From: Calditrichia bacterium | GTDB taxonomy: Bacteria; Calditrichota; Calditrichia; JAJRVZ01 | Direction: 5' to 3' | Assembly: GCA_963796965.1 (NCBI GenBank) | Contig: CAWCNS010000009.1 | Span: 128,001 to 192,000, forward strand | Length of the DNA stretch: 64,000 bases | Shown: piece after piece, positions 19,847-31,702 of the stretch | Numbering within the stretch: the first letter of the stretch is position 1 | Layout of the letters: every line of letters starts with the position of its first letter | The notes under the pieces: model-generated | What the model was told of the DNA's origin: nothing | Database searches by the model: none | The model's input: the letters and a program-made list of their open reading frames with translations, nothing else | Made by a program: the position numbers and the translations under genes

Positions 19847-22616
19847 ATGGAAAAGAACATCCGAATTCAAACGACTCACCTGATAATTTTTCTTCTCCTC
19901 CTGATCATCACATCAGGAAACACCCAAACTAAATTCGTAATGCCGGCAAATGACCGAATCAAAACAAATATTGATTTTGGCTGGCGATACCTTGCCCAGG
20001 ATTTCCCACATGAAGAAGAAACCCACCAGGTAAATGAATTACCGTGGCAAGATGTTAATCTTCCACATGAATGGTCCATTGAGGGTCCGTTTAATAAAGA
20101 ACACAATACCACCCAGGGATTTTTACCTATGGAAATTGGCTGGTATCGTAAAGGTTTGCGCTTTCCGGACTCCTATGCAGGGAAAAAGATCTTTATCATT
20201 TTTGATGGCGTCTATCGTGATAGTGATGTTTGGATGAATTATGCCCACCTGGGTCATCACGAATCCGGGTATACCAGTTTTATGTATGATCTGACAGATT
20301 ATGTGCGAACCGGCAACCGGATTCCCAATGGTCTGCGTGTCCGAGTAGATGGCCGCAGGCATGAACAGGACATGTATGAAGGAACAGGGATTTACCGCCA
20401 TGTCTGGATCCTTGTCACGAATAAATTACATATGACGGAGTGGGGTACGTTTATATCAGCCCCGGAGATCACAGACGATAACGCGCTGCTTAAAGCACAA
20501 ACATTAGTCAAAAACGAAAATGATAACCCCAAAAAATGTCAGTTAACCACCTATATTGTTGATGCAAAGGGATCAGTTGTCGCCGAGATGAATGATTCCG
20601 CGACGATTCCAGCAATGGGAGAAATTGAGTTTTCTCAATCGGTTTCTATCGATAATCCCCACCGCTGGGACATTGATGATCCCTATCTTTATAAAGCCTA
20701 CAGCGTATTAAAAGATGAAGAGACGGTAGTGGACGGTACAGAGACAAACTTTGGTATACGTACGTTTCGTTTTGATCCGGACAAAGGTTTTTTTCTAAAT
20801 GGACGCCCCATAAAATTAAAGGGATTCAATGCCCATTATGATTTTGCCGGATTAGGAACAGCCATTCCTGATCGTATTCACTGGAATGTGATGTCTGCCA
20901 TGAAAAAGGCCGGTTTTAATTTTTATCGCTCCAGTCATAATCCAGCCACACCGGAGCGTCTTGAGGTCTGTGATGAATTGGGGATCCTCGTTTGGGATGA
21001 GATCGAACGAAAGCTGGAGAGTATGGAGGTGGAACTTGCCCTCGTTCGGGAAACCATTACCCGTGACCGTAATCACCCCAGTGTAATCCTCTGGTCCCTT
21101 GAAAATGAATCACCACTCGAGAGTACGGTATTCGGAACAAAAATAATTACAGCAGCCACAGAGTTGGCCCATCAACTTGATCCAACCCGACCGACAACCT
21201 TTGCCGCCTCAATGCCTGTTAACAAGAACGGCTACGGAGAAGCTGCCGACGTGGTCAGTTATAATTATCACTGGAAACGGGCTGACCAGGATCATATTGA
21301 TTATCCCCATTGGAAAATCGGCTTTCTCAGTGAGTATTCCGCTGCGCGCAGCCGCAGAGGCGTCTATGGCGTGGAAAATTTTGCCCGTGCTGATAATGAT
21401 TCTTATCTTGATCTCTACTGGGGTATGGTACAATCCATGTATGAAATGTGCAGCACGGTAGAGAAATACTGGCGCAGGATTAAGGCCAGAGAATATATCG
21501 CCGGAGGCTGTTTATGGAGCGGAATGGATTGCTGGGGTGAAGGAAATGCCTGGCCTCTGATCTCCCGAGGTGATGGGGCTGTCGATAATTGTCTTTTCCC
21601 TAAGGATGTTTATTATTATTTTGCCAGCATGTGGACGACTGAACCCATGGCCCATCTCTTACCCCACTGGAATTGGGAAGGCAAGGATGATGCCCCCATC
21701 GATGTTTGGTGTTATACCAATTGTGAAAGTGCTGAATTATTTTTAAATGGACGTTCGCTCGGCGTTCAGTATCGCTCACCAGAACCAGATCAGTGGAAAC
21801 CTGGCAAAATTTATGATGGTCCTGTTGAAAGATCAGAAACCTACCCTGAGCATCTGGAATGGAAAGTCCCTTATCAAGCGGGTATCCTAAAAGTTGAGGG
21901 TAAGCGTGGGGGTAAGGTCGTCTATCGAAACGAAATCAAAACGGCTGAGAAGCCTGCCCGGATTCAATTGACATCTTTAATGACCACCTATTATAGAACA
22001 AGATATGATCCCGCCTCTTCTTGCAGATGGTAGGGATATCATCGTCGTTAAAACAACTATACTAGATAAAAACGGAAACTTTGTTCCTTATGCAAACAAT
22101 AAAATAAATTTTTCTGTAGAAGGCGCAGGAAAAATAATTGGTGTTGGAAATGGTGATATCGCCAGCCATGAGGCAAATAAAGAACCGAACAGAAAAGCCT
22201 ATAATGGTCTATGTGCCGTCATTGTTCAATCCACAACCGAACCAGGTAAAATTATCATACATGCGGAATCCCCAGGTTTAGAAAATGGCGAATTTACAAT
22301 TTATTCCAAATCTCCGTCACCAACAGGGATATCTTTGGACGCTTCCCAATTAGAAGTAACAACCCAGGACACGTCTTTTGTAACCGCAACCATAAATGAC
22401 AAATTTGGAACAGTAATCAATACCGAGGCATCACCGGTGATATTCCGGATTGAGGGTCCCGGGCATTTTAAAAATGGTAAAAAAATTATCTCCATCCCTG
22501 CGGAGGCTGGTAAAGCGACCGCTTTTCTACTACCGGAGAGCGGGAAGGAGAATGTCAGAATAACCGCAACAAGTGGAAGTCTCACACCAGGTAGGATCGA
22601 ACTGAGTCGGAAATAA
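19847..22616 (+). CDS. Glycoside hydrolase family 2 (beta-galactosidase-like) with C-terminal Ig-like domains, frameshift near 22010
   Basis: FDGVYRDSDVWMN, GIYRHVW, FGIRTFRFD, RSSHNP, RDRNHPSVILWSLENE, SEY nucleophile region, LPHWNW; second fragment LADGRD...GVGNGD. Confidence 0.9.
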
Positions 22617-22652
22617 ATATAACTATAAATTAACCAAAGAAGGGAACCTATT

Positions 22653-24152
22653 GTGGAAACTCAATTCTTTTTAACAGACAAGATCATTCTGATCGTCTAT
22701 TTTATTGGTATTATATTGATGGGTTTATATTTTCGCAAACGCAGTAATACAGCCAATGGCTTTATGATCGCAAGTGGAAGATTACCAACTTGGGCCGTCA
22801 GTCTTTCGATCCTCGGTACTTTTATCAGTAGTGTAACCTTTATTGGTTATCCCGGGCAGGCGTATAATTTTAACTGGGACGCGTTTGTGTTTTCACTTTG
22901 TCTTCCTCCCGCGGCTCTGGTTGCGATGATTTATTTCATCCCGCTTTACCGCACAAAGGTAAAGGTATCGGCCTATGAATACATGGAACAGCGTTTTGGT
23001 GGCTGGGCACGTGTTTATGGCAGTATCAGTTTTATGTTTGGATCGGTCACACGCATCGGTATGATACTTTTCCTCGTATCACTTGTTTTGCAACCGCTGA
23101 CCGGTTGGGATCATGTTCCAATCATCATTGTTACGGGTATCGGTGTTATGCTCTATACAATGATTGGCGGTATGGAAGCGGTTATCTGGACAGATGTGAT
23201 ACAGGTGATAATCTTAATGGGAGGCGCAATTTTGACTATCATCATCTTGATATTGGATGTGCCGGGAGGTGTTGAGGAGATTATTGCCGTGGGTTCACAG
23301 GCTGATAAATTCTCGTTAGGATCCTGGGATTTCGATTTAATTGCGCCTACAGCCTGGGTCGTTTTGCTTTATGGTCTTATGGAAAACCTGCGTAATTTTG
23401 GTGTGGATCAGAATTATGTTCAAAGATATCAGACAGTTAGCTCAACAAAAGAAGCATCAAAATCTGTCTGGATGGCAGCCCTTACCTATATTCCTATCTC
23501 AGCCTTATTCCTTTTCATCGGTACGGCGCTTTATGCCTATTATAATGTTAATCCTGATCAGTTACCGATCGTACTTCAGGGCGAAATGATGGGTGATAAA
23601 ATTTATCCCCACTTCATCGTCACCCAAATACCCGTCGGAATACGCGGTCTCCTCATTGCTGCTATTGTTGCCGCCGCCATGAGCAGCATCGACTCTTCTC
23701 TGAATACTGTTTCCACACTCACCCTTCTCGATTTTTATAAGAGATATTGGAAAAAAGGTAAAATAGAGGATGATAAAAATGATATAAAAATGCTGCGCTG
23801 GTATACAGTTGTTTGGGGCATTATCGGTACAATTACAGGTTTATCCCTTATACAAATCCAATCAGCATTAGAGACAGGCTGGCAATTAGGCGGAATTGCC
23901 GGTGGTGGTGTGATCGGTCTCTTTCTTTTGGGACTTATGTTTAAATGGATCAAAAGCTGGCAAGCGGCTACAGCCGTTATTGCCAGTGTGATTGCCATCG
24001 CCTGGGCAACCTTTGCCCGTGATCTTCCGGAATCATTAAGTTGGCTGGAATGCATTTGGAATATGAGAATGATAGGTATAATAGGAACGATTACACTCTT
24101 AGCAGTTGGTATTTTTCTTGGACTGATTTCCTATAGAAAAGAATCAGCCTAA
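22653..24152 (+). CDS. Sodium:solute symporter (sugar SSS family)
   Basis: About 13 TM segments; SSVTFIGYPG, SAYEYMEQRFG, GGMEAVIWTDVIQ, DQNYVQRY, AAAMSSIDSSLN. Confidence 0.93.
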   Translation: METQFFLTDKIILIVYFIGIILMGLYFRKRSNTANGFMIASGRLPTWAVSLSILGTFISSVTFIGYPGQAYNFNWDAFVFSLCLPPAALVAMIYFIPLYRTKVKVSAYEYMEQRFGGWARVYGSISFMFGSVTRIGMILFLVSLVLQPLTGWDHVPIIIVTGIGVMLYTMIGGMEAVIWTDVIQVIILMGGAILTIIILILDVPGGVEEIIAVGSQADKFSLGSWDFDLIAPTAWVVLLYGLMENLRNFGVDQNYVQRYQTVSSTKEASKSVWMAALTYIPISALFLFIGTALYAYYNVNPDQLPIVLQGEMMGDKIYPHFIVTQIPVGIRGLLIAAIVAAAMSSIDSSLNTVSTLTLLDFYKRYWKKGKIEDDKNDIKMLRWYTVVWGIIGTITGLSLIQIQSALETGWQLGGIAGGGVIGLFLLGLMFKWIKSWQAATAVIASVIAIAWATFARDLPESLSWLECIWNMRMIGIIGTITLLAVGIFLGLISYRKESA

Positions 24153-24238
24153 GTATAGTATTACATTAGTGATATGCAGATGAGATGCGAAAGCAAGTTC
24201 TCCCGTAAAAGGATGTCTCAGGACTGTGTGATTGAATT

Positions 24239-24306
24239 GTCATGCTGAACTTGTTTCAGCATCTCTATCTCCCCTTATATAGATTCCGAAATAAATTCGG
24301 AATGAC
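24239..24306. repeat. REP-like double-hairpin element
   Basis: gtcATGCTGAActtgtTTCAGCATct ... agATTCCGAAataaaTTCGGAATgac; related copy at 31703. Confidence 0.75.
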
Positions 24307-24339
24307 CTATTCGAATTTGGATAATGCCTGAGGAAACGA

Positions 24340-26415
24340 ATGGACCGTAGAGATTTTGTAAAAACGATGCTTGTGTCCACCGGGGCGGTAATGGCCGGAT
24401 CGCCATTTTACTGTCAACCCGGTGAAAAGATGCCTGACATTTTTCCACAGGGTAGCCGGCCGGAAAAATTATTTTATATGGAGATACCCAAAAAAACAGA
24501 CTGGCATACCAAAACATCTCTTGCCTGTTTTCAGGGATTGATCAATCGCAAGGAGACAAGATTTTATCTCAACAATTTTAAAGCGGATATGTTTTGGCTG
24601 AAACATTATGCCGAACAATACGAGATCGACTATCAGCTTGTCTCTGATGTTCAAAATTTGGTCGATATGTTTGGCCAGGATATTGAGGGATATATTGTTT
24701 ACGATCCGGATATGCCCCATTCCTTAAATATTGCCACATCCATGGGTGCTTTGCAGAATGCCGTGCCTGTTAGTAAACATCTGGCCGGAGAGGTCTCCGA
24801 TTTGGGAATTAAAAAGATTGATGACCTGACCGGCAAGTGGAAGGATCTGCACGAGGCCTATGAATGGGCATTAACTAATCTTCAGCCTCAATGTAATCAA
24901 AAATTAATGGCTCATCTCTGTGTTCATGATCCTTATTGGCCAACCAGCAGTTGGACGAATCGGGATTATGTGATTGCACATAAAATCCTCTCCGTGGATA
25001 TTTCTTCATCAGAAAGAGATAAGCGTGACTACCAGTTGCTAAAAAAGTACTATGAAATTTATCCGGAAGAGACAGTGATCTTTGGATGGCATTGTGTGCG
25101 TGATAAAGAACACGAAGCGATCGCCTTATCATCTGAATATGGTCATTATGGCATGTGCTCCCTTCATACAAGTAATATAACCGTTCATTCCAGTATTCAG
25201 CCAAAAGAAAAGACAACCTATAAACAGAGGACAATCCAAAAGAAAGATCTCAGGGTTGAAAACAAAGTATATGTAGCATTTATGGCAACCGATGGCGATG
25301 CCGCCTGGTTTGTGCAGGATTTGATTAGTAAAGACTGGAATAGTCCCGTTCATGGTAAATTTAAATATAATTGGGGATTTTTACCGATGGCCTACGACTT
25401 TCTGCCCGCCATGGTTGATTACTATTTTAAAAACCTGAAAGCAACCGATTATTTTGTCGCCGGGCCAGCCGGTGCTACCTATACCTACCCCCATCTGCAT
25501 CCTAATCCCAAAAAATTTCTCCGTCTTAGTCAAATGTATATGAACAAATGTGGTCTGAATACGGTCCATATGACAAATTGGAATGACCGGGATTGGTGGC
25601 AGGAGGTTGATTTACCAAACTTCCCTGCTCTTCTGCGCGAAACGATGCCAAATTGCGTCGGTTACACACGGGGGATGGGAGAGTCAGCATTTGAACCGCA
25701 TTATATAAAAGGGGGTAAACCCTATATCTTTTGTGGAGAAGGTCTTCATCGTGGTAATGATATTTACAAGGTCATGAATGATTTCATTGAAGCCTGTCCA
25801 AACAGACCTCTGTTTATCTACAATCTGGTCAATCATACCATGCCCATCGCAGAAACCAAGGCCGCCATGGATCGCTTCCCAAAGGATCAGGTAGAGGTTG
25901 TTCATCTTGATGAATTGCTTTTATTGATCGAAAAAGCCTATGAAGAAGGTAAAATTTCTGAGGATTTATATCCTGAGAAAGCTGGGTTGAAAAAATTATT
26001 AATAAGGGATGCGAAAAACGCCTGGCCAGGATTTTACAAGGGAGTTGCTAATACAAAAGCCCAGTGTAGCAAAGGGAAGACTGCATATATTAAGGAAATC
26101 GAAAAAACGGCGATCGGAATTGAGGAGATTAATCCTGCTGATTTTCTTGCCTTTGCAACAATCTGGCAAGCTATGCAAATGGTAAAACTTGCATTGGAAT
26201 CGAAAGGTATCTATGTTAACCATAAGCCAACAGCAACTAAAAATTTTGTGTCCGAATTTAGTGCCCTTGCGGATGTAAATCTTGTTCTTGAATTGCAGCA
26301 GCAGTGGGATAACTGGCATAAAACCACATTTGAATTTGAATCTGCAAAAAAATACACGAAGCGGCTGGTCACGCTCGCATCACATCTTAACAAAACGTAT
26401 TTTAAGAGTACATAA
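24340..26415 (+). CDS. Tat-exported GxGYxYP-family putative glycoside hydrolase
   Basis: Twin-arginine signal MDRRDFVK; ACFQGLINR, KVYVAFMATDGD, variant motif GPAGATYTYP. Confidence 0.75.
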   Translation: MDRRDFVKTMLVSTGAVMAGSPFYCQPGEKMPDIFPQGSRPEKLFYMEIPKKTDWHTKTSLACFQGLINRKETRFYLNNFKADMFWLKHYAEQYEIDYQLVSDVQNLVDMFGQDIEGYIVYDPDMPHSLNIATSMGALQNAVPVSKHLAGEVSDLGIKKIDDLTGKWKDLHEAYEWALTNLQPQCNQKLMAHLCVHDPYWPTSSWTNRDYVIAHKILSVDISSSERDKRDYQLLKKYYEIYPEETVIFGWHCVRDKEHEAIALSSEYGHYGMCSLHTSNITVHSSIQPKEKTTYKQRTIQKKDLRVENKVYVAFMATDGDAAWFVQDLISKDWNSPVHGKFKYNWGFLPMAYDFLPAMVDYYFKNLKATDYFVAGPAGATYTYPHLHPNPKKFLRLSQMYMNKCGLNTVHMTNWNDRDWWQEVDLPNFPALLRETMPNCVGYTRGMGESAFEPHYIKGGKPYIFCGEGLHRGNDIYKVMNDFIEACPNRPLFIYNLVNHTMPIAETKAAMDRFPKDQVEVVHLDELLLLIEKAYEEGKISEDLYPEKAGLKKLLIRDAKNAWPGFYKGVANTKAQCSKGKTAYIKEIEKTAIGIEEINPADFLAFATIWQAMQMVKLALESKGIYVNHKPTATKNFVSEFSALADVNLVLELQQQWDNWHKTTFEFESAKKYTKRLVTLASHLNKTYFKST

Positions 26416-26451
26416 GGTACTAAATTATAACGGGGTCAGTTTAGAAAAGCT

Positions 26452-26633
26452 AAACACAAAGGACACAAAGCAGGAACAAAGTTCACAAAGAAAAGATATT
26501 ATATACTTTTTTATTTTTCGGTTGGCGGAAGTATAGGGCTTTAATAAATGATTAAGGATAAGCAAGATCTAAAACTATAAAAAAAATTTGCTTTTCTCTG
26601 TGTCCTTAATGCCTTCTTAGTGAACTTTGTGGT
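26452..26633. mobile_element. MITE-like inverted tandem-repeat element (CACAAAG family, conserved interior)
   Basis: aaacacaaaggacacaaagcaggaacaaagttcacaaag ... ctctgtgtccttaatgccttcttagtgaactttgtggt; interior ttttttcgg and taagcaagatctaaaac shared with 46881. Confidence 0.65.
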
Positions 26634-26694
26634 AATCTTTATCTTTTTTTTAAATCTGAATGGCCAGAGGTATTGGTTTACGAGAGAAAAAGTG

Positions 26695-26873
26695 AATCAC
26701 GAAGGACACGAAGATCACAAAGAAAAGATTTTTTCTATTTATTTTGTCTCGGTTTGTATAGATCTGTGAAAAACCTCCCCCTTTCTCCCCCTCCTTACTA
26801 AGGAGGGGGAACCGAGGGGGTGGTAGTTTAAAACCATTAAATTTTTTTGCTTTTCTCTGAGCACTTTGTGGTT
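26695..26873. mobile_element. MITE-like element of the same family, interrupted by a REP-like palindrome (about 26770-26823)
   Basis: cacgaaggacacgaagatcacaaagaaaagattttttctatt...tctcggtttgtatagat matches 61790-61845 in reverse; insert cctccccct...ctccttactaaggag...gagggggtgg. Confidence 0.65.
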
Positions 26874-26944
26874 ATAAATCAAATTAACAATTAAGTAAAT
26901 CATGTTATTTATTCTGTTGCGACTTTTTCCAGGAAGAGAGAAAA

Positions 26945-29900
26945 ATGACCCAACCAAAAATGAAATTCTTATCCGCTTATTTAATACTCATAGTAGCATC
27001 TATGATCGTGGTATCATCTTGCTCAAAGGTTGAGCAAGGCATTGTCGGGCCCCATAACTTGCGAACAGAATCACAGCAAAACCCTCTTGGAATTGATAAA
27101 TTAGAACCACATCTCTCCTGGAATATTAGCGATTCCCGACGAGGTGCCCTCCAAACAGCTTATCAGATACTAGTCGCAAGTGATTTAAGTCTATTAACCA
27201 AAGATGAGGGCGATATCTGGGACAGTGGAAAAATAGAATCTGACAGATCTGTACATGTTGCCTATAATGGATCCGCCCTGAAATCAGAATCAAGATATTT
27301 TTGGAAAGTACGAACCTGGGATCATGATAACAGTCCATCCAATTATAGTCAGCCCACCTGGTGGGAGATGGGTCTGCTATCAGCTCAGGATTGGACCGGC
27401 CAATGGGTCGGCAAAGAGATTCCACCAGAAAAAATAGTTAAGGGATGGCCATGGGGGTACTGGATATGGCATCCAAAAGAAAGTGGCATAAACATACCGG
27501 TTTTCTTCAGAAAATCGTTTACCATACCATCAAACAAAAAAATCACCAAGGCCCTGGCACGTACTACGGCAGATAATCTTTTTACCTTGCATATTAATGG
27601 GACTAAAGTCGGACAAGGTTCAAAATGGACCGAGGTCTTTGATTTTAATATAGAATCCAACCTGGTTGCCGGAGAAAACCTGATTGCTGTAAAAGCGGCC
27701 AATAGTTTAGGTGATGTATGTGGTTATATATTTAGCCTGAAAATATCATTCGACGATGGTTCTGAGATGGTTATTAATTCTGATAAATCATGGAAAACCA
27801 TAAGTAAAAAGGTCTCAGATTGGAAAAATCCGACCTATAAAGATAATAGATGGGGCCGTGTTCTGGTCATAGGAAAATATGGAACCAGCGAGTGGGGAAA
27901 AATCGATCCTGCTGAAACAATTGTTATTCCAAAATCCATCTTAGTACGAAATTCTTTTAAGATTGACAAACCGATCGCCCAGGCAAGAGCCTATGTAACA
28001 GGACTGGGCAGTTATGTCATGTTCATCAATGGACAACGGATTGGAAAGGATATTTTTACACCCGGATGGACAGATTATCCGACACGCATTCAATACCAGA
28101 CCTATGATGTTACTGATAAGTTGGTTTCCGGACCAAACGCAGTTGGGGCTATCATTGGAAACATGTGGTGGAGTGGCGGATTAGGCTGGAAGGGCGCCGC
28201 CTCATACAGCCGCGGTCCCATGCGATTTTTACTTGAGTTAAACGTCGATTATGAAGATGGTAGTAGTCAAAAAATTGTTACAACCAAAGATTGGAAAACC
28301 CATGACTCTCCCCTTCTGCAAAATCACATCTATCACGGAGAGATCTATGATGCCCGTCAGGAATTATCTGGATGGGCCAAAGCCGGATTTAATGCTTCAA
28401 ATTGGCAGGATGTTGTGGTCCTTAAAGACGAAGGTGCCAAACGCGTAACCCAACAGGGACCAACGATTCAGATTACCGAAACACTCAATCCTTTAAAAAT
28501 TACCCAACCTGACTCTGGTGTATTTGTCTACGACCTTGGACAAAATATGGTCGGATGGGCAGAGTTAAAAGTGAGTGGTCCCGAAGGAACCCGTGTAAAG
28601 ATGAGATTTGCTGAAACCCTTAAACAAGATGGTAATATATATAGAGACAACCTGCGCAGTGCTGAAGCAACTGATACATACATATTAAATGGCAAAGGAA
28701 CTGAAATCTGGGAGCCCCTGTTTACTTACCATGGATTTCGCTATGTAGAAGTCACCGGTTATCCGGGAGAACCAGGTAAAGATGCGATAACGGGAAAGGT
28801 TCTTCACTCCGCTGCCCCGGTAGCGCTTGATTTTTCCTGCTCGAATCAGATCATTAATATGATTCAGCATAATATTACCTGGGGTCAAAGAGGCAATATG
28901 CATAGCGTTCCAACCGATTGTCCACAACGTGATGAACGACTCGGCTGGATGGGGGATGCCCAAATTTTTGCACCAACAGCCTGCTATAACATGGATATGG
29001 CCCGTTTTTGGGGGAAATGGATGAACGATATTACTGATTGTCAGGACAAGGATGGTGCCGTTCATGATGTAAATCCAACAATTGTCGTTACAGGACCTGC
29101 TAAACCAGGCTGGGGTGATGCTGTGGTCGTCGTTCCCTGGGTAGTGTATCAATTTTATGGCGATAAACGGATCATTGAAGAAAATTATGATGCCATGGCT
29201 GCCTGGGTTGAATATATGAAAAATCATAGTGTCGACTATCTTTATGAGCGCAGCGGTTATGGTGATTGGATTGCCGTGGTTGAATCCCCAAAAGAACCCA
29301 TTGGAGCGGCCTATTTTTACTACAGTACCAAACTTCTCGCTAATATGGCAGGTATAATTGGCAAAACAAAAGACGAAACAGAATATAACAAATTAGCCAC
29401 TCGTATCGCAGAAGCATTCAATAAAAAGTATTATGATCCGCAAACGGGAAATTATTTGGGCAATACACAGACGGCAAATTTATTACCGTTTGTATTTGGG
29501 ATTACACCACCTGAGCTCAAGTCTCAGGTTTTCTCTAATATTGTAGCAGATGTAAAAGCAAAGGGTAATCATCCTTCAACCGGATTTTTGGGTACGGCTT
29601 ATTTGCTTCCCGTATTGAGCGAGAATGGTGAGCATGAATTAGCCTACAAGGTTGCCAGTCAAAAAACGTATCCTTCCTGGGGATATATGGTTGAAAAAAA
29701 TGCAACAACCATTTGGGAGTTGTGGAATAGTGATTCTCAGGGTCCGGGTATGAATTCTCGTAATCATTTCGCCCTTGGTTCTGTGGGTGAGTGGTTTTAT
29801 GCCTGGTTAGGAGGAATTCGCCCTGATAATGAAAATCCCGGATTTAAGACATCTATTATTGCCCCAAGACCTGTTGGTGATCTCACCTGGGCGAATTCGA

Positions 29901-30175
29901 GTTTGCAGACACTTTATGGGAATGTAAAGTCAGACTGGAATCTCGATGATGGCATGCTTTCAATGCGGATTAGCATTCCGCCCAATACGAACGCCATGGT
30001 GCATGTGCCTAACTTAGATCAGGTATGGCCGGTAATTGAAGAGTCAGGCAAGGTGCTTTTCCAATCCGGAAAGACAGTTAATGAAGTTCCGGGTATAAAA
30101 CTGGTTAAGAATTCTGACGCATCAACGATTTTTGAAGTTGGATCCGGTGAGTATGAATTCATCGCAAGGAAATAA
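26945..30175 (+). CDS. Alpha-L-rhamnosidase, glycoside hydrolase family 78, lipoprotein
   Basis: Lipobox VSSC; DLGQNMVGW, FTYHGFRYVEV, VPTDCPQRDERLGWMGDA, GDW, ATTIWELW, MNSRNH. Confidence 0.95.
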   Translation: MTQPKMKFLSAYLILIVASMIVVSSCSKVEQGIVGPHNLRTESQQNPLGIDKLEPHLSWNISDSRRGALQTAYQILVASDLSLLTKDEGDIWDSGKIESDRSVHVAYNGSALKSESRYFWKVRTWDHDNSPSNYSQPTWWEMGLLSAQDWTGQWVGKEIPPEKIVKGWPWGYWIWHPKESGINIPVFFRKSFTIPSNKKITKALARTTADNLFTLHINGTKVGQGSKWTEVFDFNIESNLVAGENLIAVKAANSLGDVCGYIFSLKISFDDGSEMVINSDKSWKTISKKVSDWKNPTYKDNRWGRVLVIGKYGTSEWGKIDPAETIVIPKSILVRNSFKIDKPIAQARAYVTGLGSYVMFINGQRIGKDIFTPGWTDYPTRIQYQTYDVTDKLVSGPNAVGAIIGNMWWSGGLGWKGAASYSRGPMRFLLELNVDYEDGSSQKIVTTKDWKTHDSPLLQNHIYHGEIYDARQELSGWAKAGFNASNWQDVVVLKDEGAKRVTQQGPTIQITETLNPLKITQPDSGVFVYDLGQNMVGWAELKVSGPEGTRVKMRFAETLKQDGNIYRDNLRSAEATDTYILNGKGTEIWEPLFTYHGFRYVEVTGYPGEPGKDAITGKVLHSAAPVALDFSCSNQIINMIQHNITWGQRGNMHSVPTDCPQRDERLGWMGDAQIFAPTACYNMDMARFWGKWMNDITDCQDKDGAVHDVNPTIVVTGPAKPGWGDAVVVVPWVVYQFYGDKRIIEENYDAMAAWVEYMKNHSVDYLYERSGYGDWIAVVESPKEPIGAAYFYYSTKLLANMAGIIGKTKDETEYNKLATRIAEAFNKKYYDPQTGNYLGNTQTANLLPFVFGITPPELKSQVFSNIVADVKAKGNHPSTGFLGTAYLLPVLSENGEHELAYKVASQKTYPSWGYMVEKNATTIWELWNSDSQGPGMNSRNHFALGSVGEWFYAWLGGIRPDNENPGFKTSIIAPRPVGDLTWANSSLQTLYGNVKSDWNLDDGMLSMRISIPPNTNAMVHVPNLDQVWPVIEESGKVLFQSGKTVNEVPGIKLVKNSDASTIFEVGSGEYEFIARK

Positions 30176-30178
30176 ATC

Positions 30179-30352
30179 TATTTCACGCGGCGACGCAACG
30201 CCGCAGCGGAAATAATATTTGATTTTTTTGACGACATGCAATATCTGGAGGAAATCAGAACTCATATATATAATAAAAAATTAAATATATATAACAAGAA
30301 ATTCTTGAAACTTTGATATCTGCGCTGCGTCGTAGCGTCGCTGCGTGAAATA
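30179..30352. repeat. Complete TATTTCACGC...GCGTGAAATA inverted tandem-repeat element
   Basis: tatttcacgcggcgacgcaacgccgcagcg ... cgctgcgtcgtagcgtcgctgcgtgaaata around an AT-rich spacer. Confidence 0.8.
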
Positions 30353-30376
30353 AAACTTCAAATTTATGAGGATTTT

Positions 30377-31621
30377 ATGAAAGAATATCTAGAAAAAACC
30401 AGAAACTACTTAAACGAAAAATTGATACCGTTTTGGGCTGAGCGTGCAGTTGATCATAAATATGGCGGATTCCAGACAAACTACGATAAATATGGCAAGC
30501 GTACTGAAGTCACAGAGAAATCCATGCTGGCTCAATGCCGTAGTATTTTCACCCTATCACATGCCATGAGACTCGGATTTGATTGGCCAAATGGGGTAGA
30601 AAGCGTCCAACAAGGAATAGATTTTCTTTTTAAATATTTTCGTGATCCTGAATACGATGGTTACTATTGGATAGTAGATGAGGATGGTAAAGTAACAGAT
30701 GATAATAAAATAATCTACGGTCATTCGTTTCTCATCTATGGACTCTCAGAGTTCGCACTTCTTACGGGAAATAAAGAGGCTGAGGCTGAGGCATCCCGTG
30801 TCTTTGACATGCTGCAGGAAAAAGTAGTTGACCAAGAAAATGACGGCTATTACGAGCATTTTGATCGCCAATTTAAATTGAAAGAAGCGCGGGGTGATAT
30901 AACGTCACATAAGTCACTCGATGTACATATGCATTTGATGGAGGCCTACACGACGCTCTATGAAAAAACAAGATCGGAGATCCATAGAAAAGCCTTAACG
31001 GATGTAATTGATTTGATATTTGCTAAAATGATCGATCCCAAAACGGGAACAGGCATATCTATGTTTACACCCGACTGGAAACCGATTGCCAATGTAGAAT
31101 TGGATACGGTCTGGGGGCGGGATCGCTTTGATGAAGATGGCAAAGGTGTTGATATCACGTCTTACGGACATAATATCGAACTTGCCTGGTTATATTTACA
31201 TGCTCAGGATATTATGGGAATTCCCCGTAGTGAAAGTCTTAATCGGGTTGTACCCATTTATGAGCATACCTACGAGAAAGGAATTGATTGGGAAAATGGT
31301 GGAATCTTTGTTGAGGGTCATCGGAATGGTGAACCAACTGAAGTGACAAAGGAATTCTGGCAGCAAGCCGAGGCAATGGTTGGCTTTCTTGACGGATATA
31401 TATTAACAAAAAATGAAAAATACCTGGATGCCTTCAGGAATGTTCATGATTTTGTATTTACAAAAGGTATCAACTGGGAGTTAGGTGAGTGGTATGCCCT
31501 GTTAGAGAAAAATGGTGATCTGATATGGGACTACATGGGTACCAGTTGGAAAGTTTTTTATCATACTGTGCGTGGAACTTGCCAGGTGGTAAAGAAATTG
31601 GAACAGTTAGTAGAAAAGTGA
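30377..31621 (+). CDS. AGE family epimerase (N-acylglucosamine/cellobiose 2-epimerase)
   Basis: AQCRSIF, YGHSFLIYGLSE, HMHLMEAY, SYGHNIELAWL, FWQQAEA, WKVFYHTVR. Confidence 0.9.
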   Translation: MKEYLEKTRNYLNEKLIPFWAERAVDHKYGGFQTNYDKYGKRTEVTEKSMLAQCRSIFTLSHAMRLGFDWPNGVESVQQGIDFLFKYFRDPEYDGYYWIVDEDGKVTDDNKIIYGHSFLIYGLSEFALLTGNKEAEAEASRVFDMLQEKVVDQENDGYYEHFDRQFKLKEARGDITSHKSLDVHMHLMEAYTTLYEKTRSEIHRKALTDVIDLIFAKMIDPKTGTGISMFTPDWKPIANVELDTVWGRDRFDEDGKGVDITSYGHNIELAWLYLHAQDIMGIPRSESLNRVVPIYEHTYEKGIDWENGGIFVEGHRNGEPTEVTKEFWQQAEAMVGFLDGYILTKNEKYLDAFRNVHDFVFTKGINWELGEWYALLEKNGDLIWDYMGTSWKVFYHTVRGTCQVVKKLEQLVEK

Positions 31622-31702
31622 TTAAAGACCGATTTAACTATTAAGGACAGAAAATATATATACGTTAATCCAAATGATATTATTTAGAATTGTAGTATAT
31701 TG

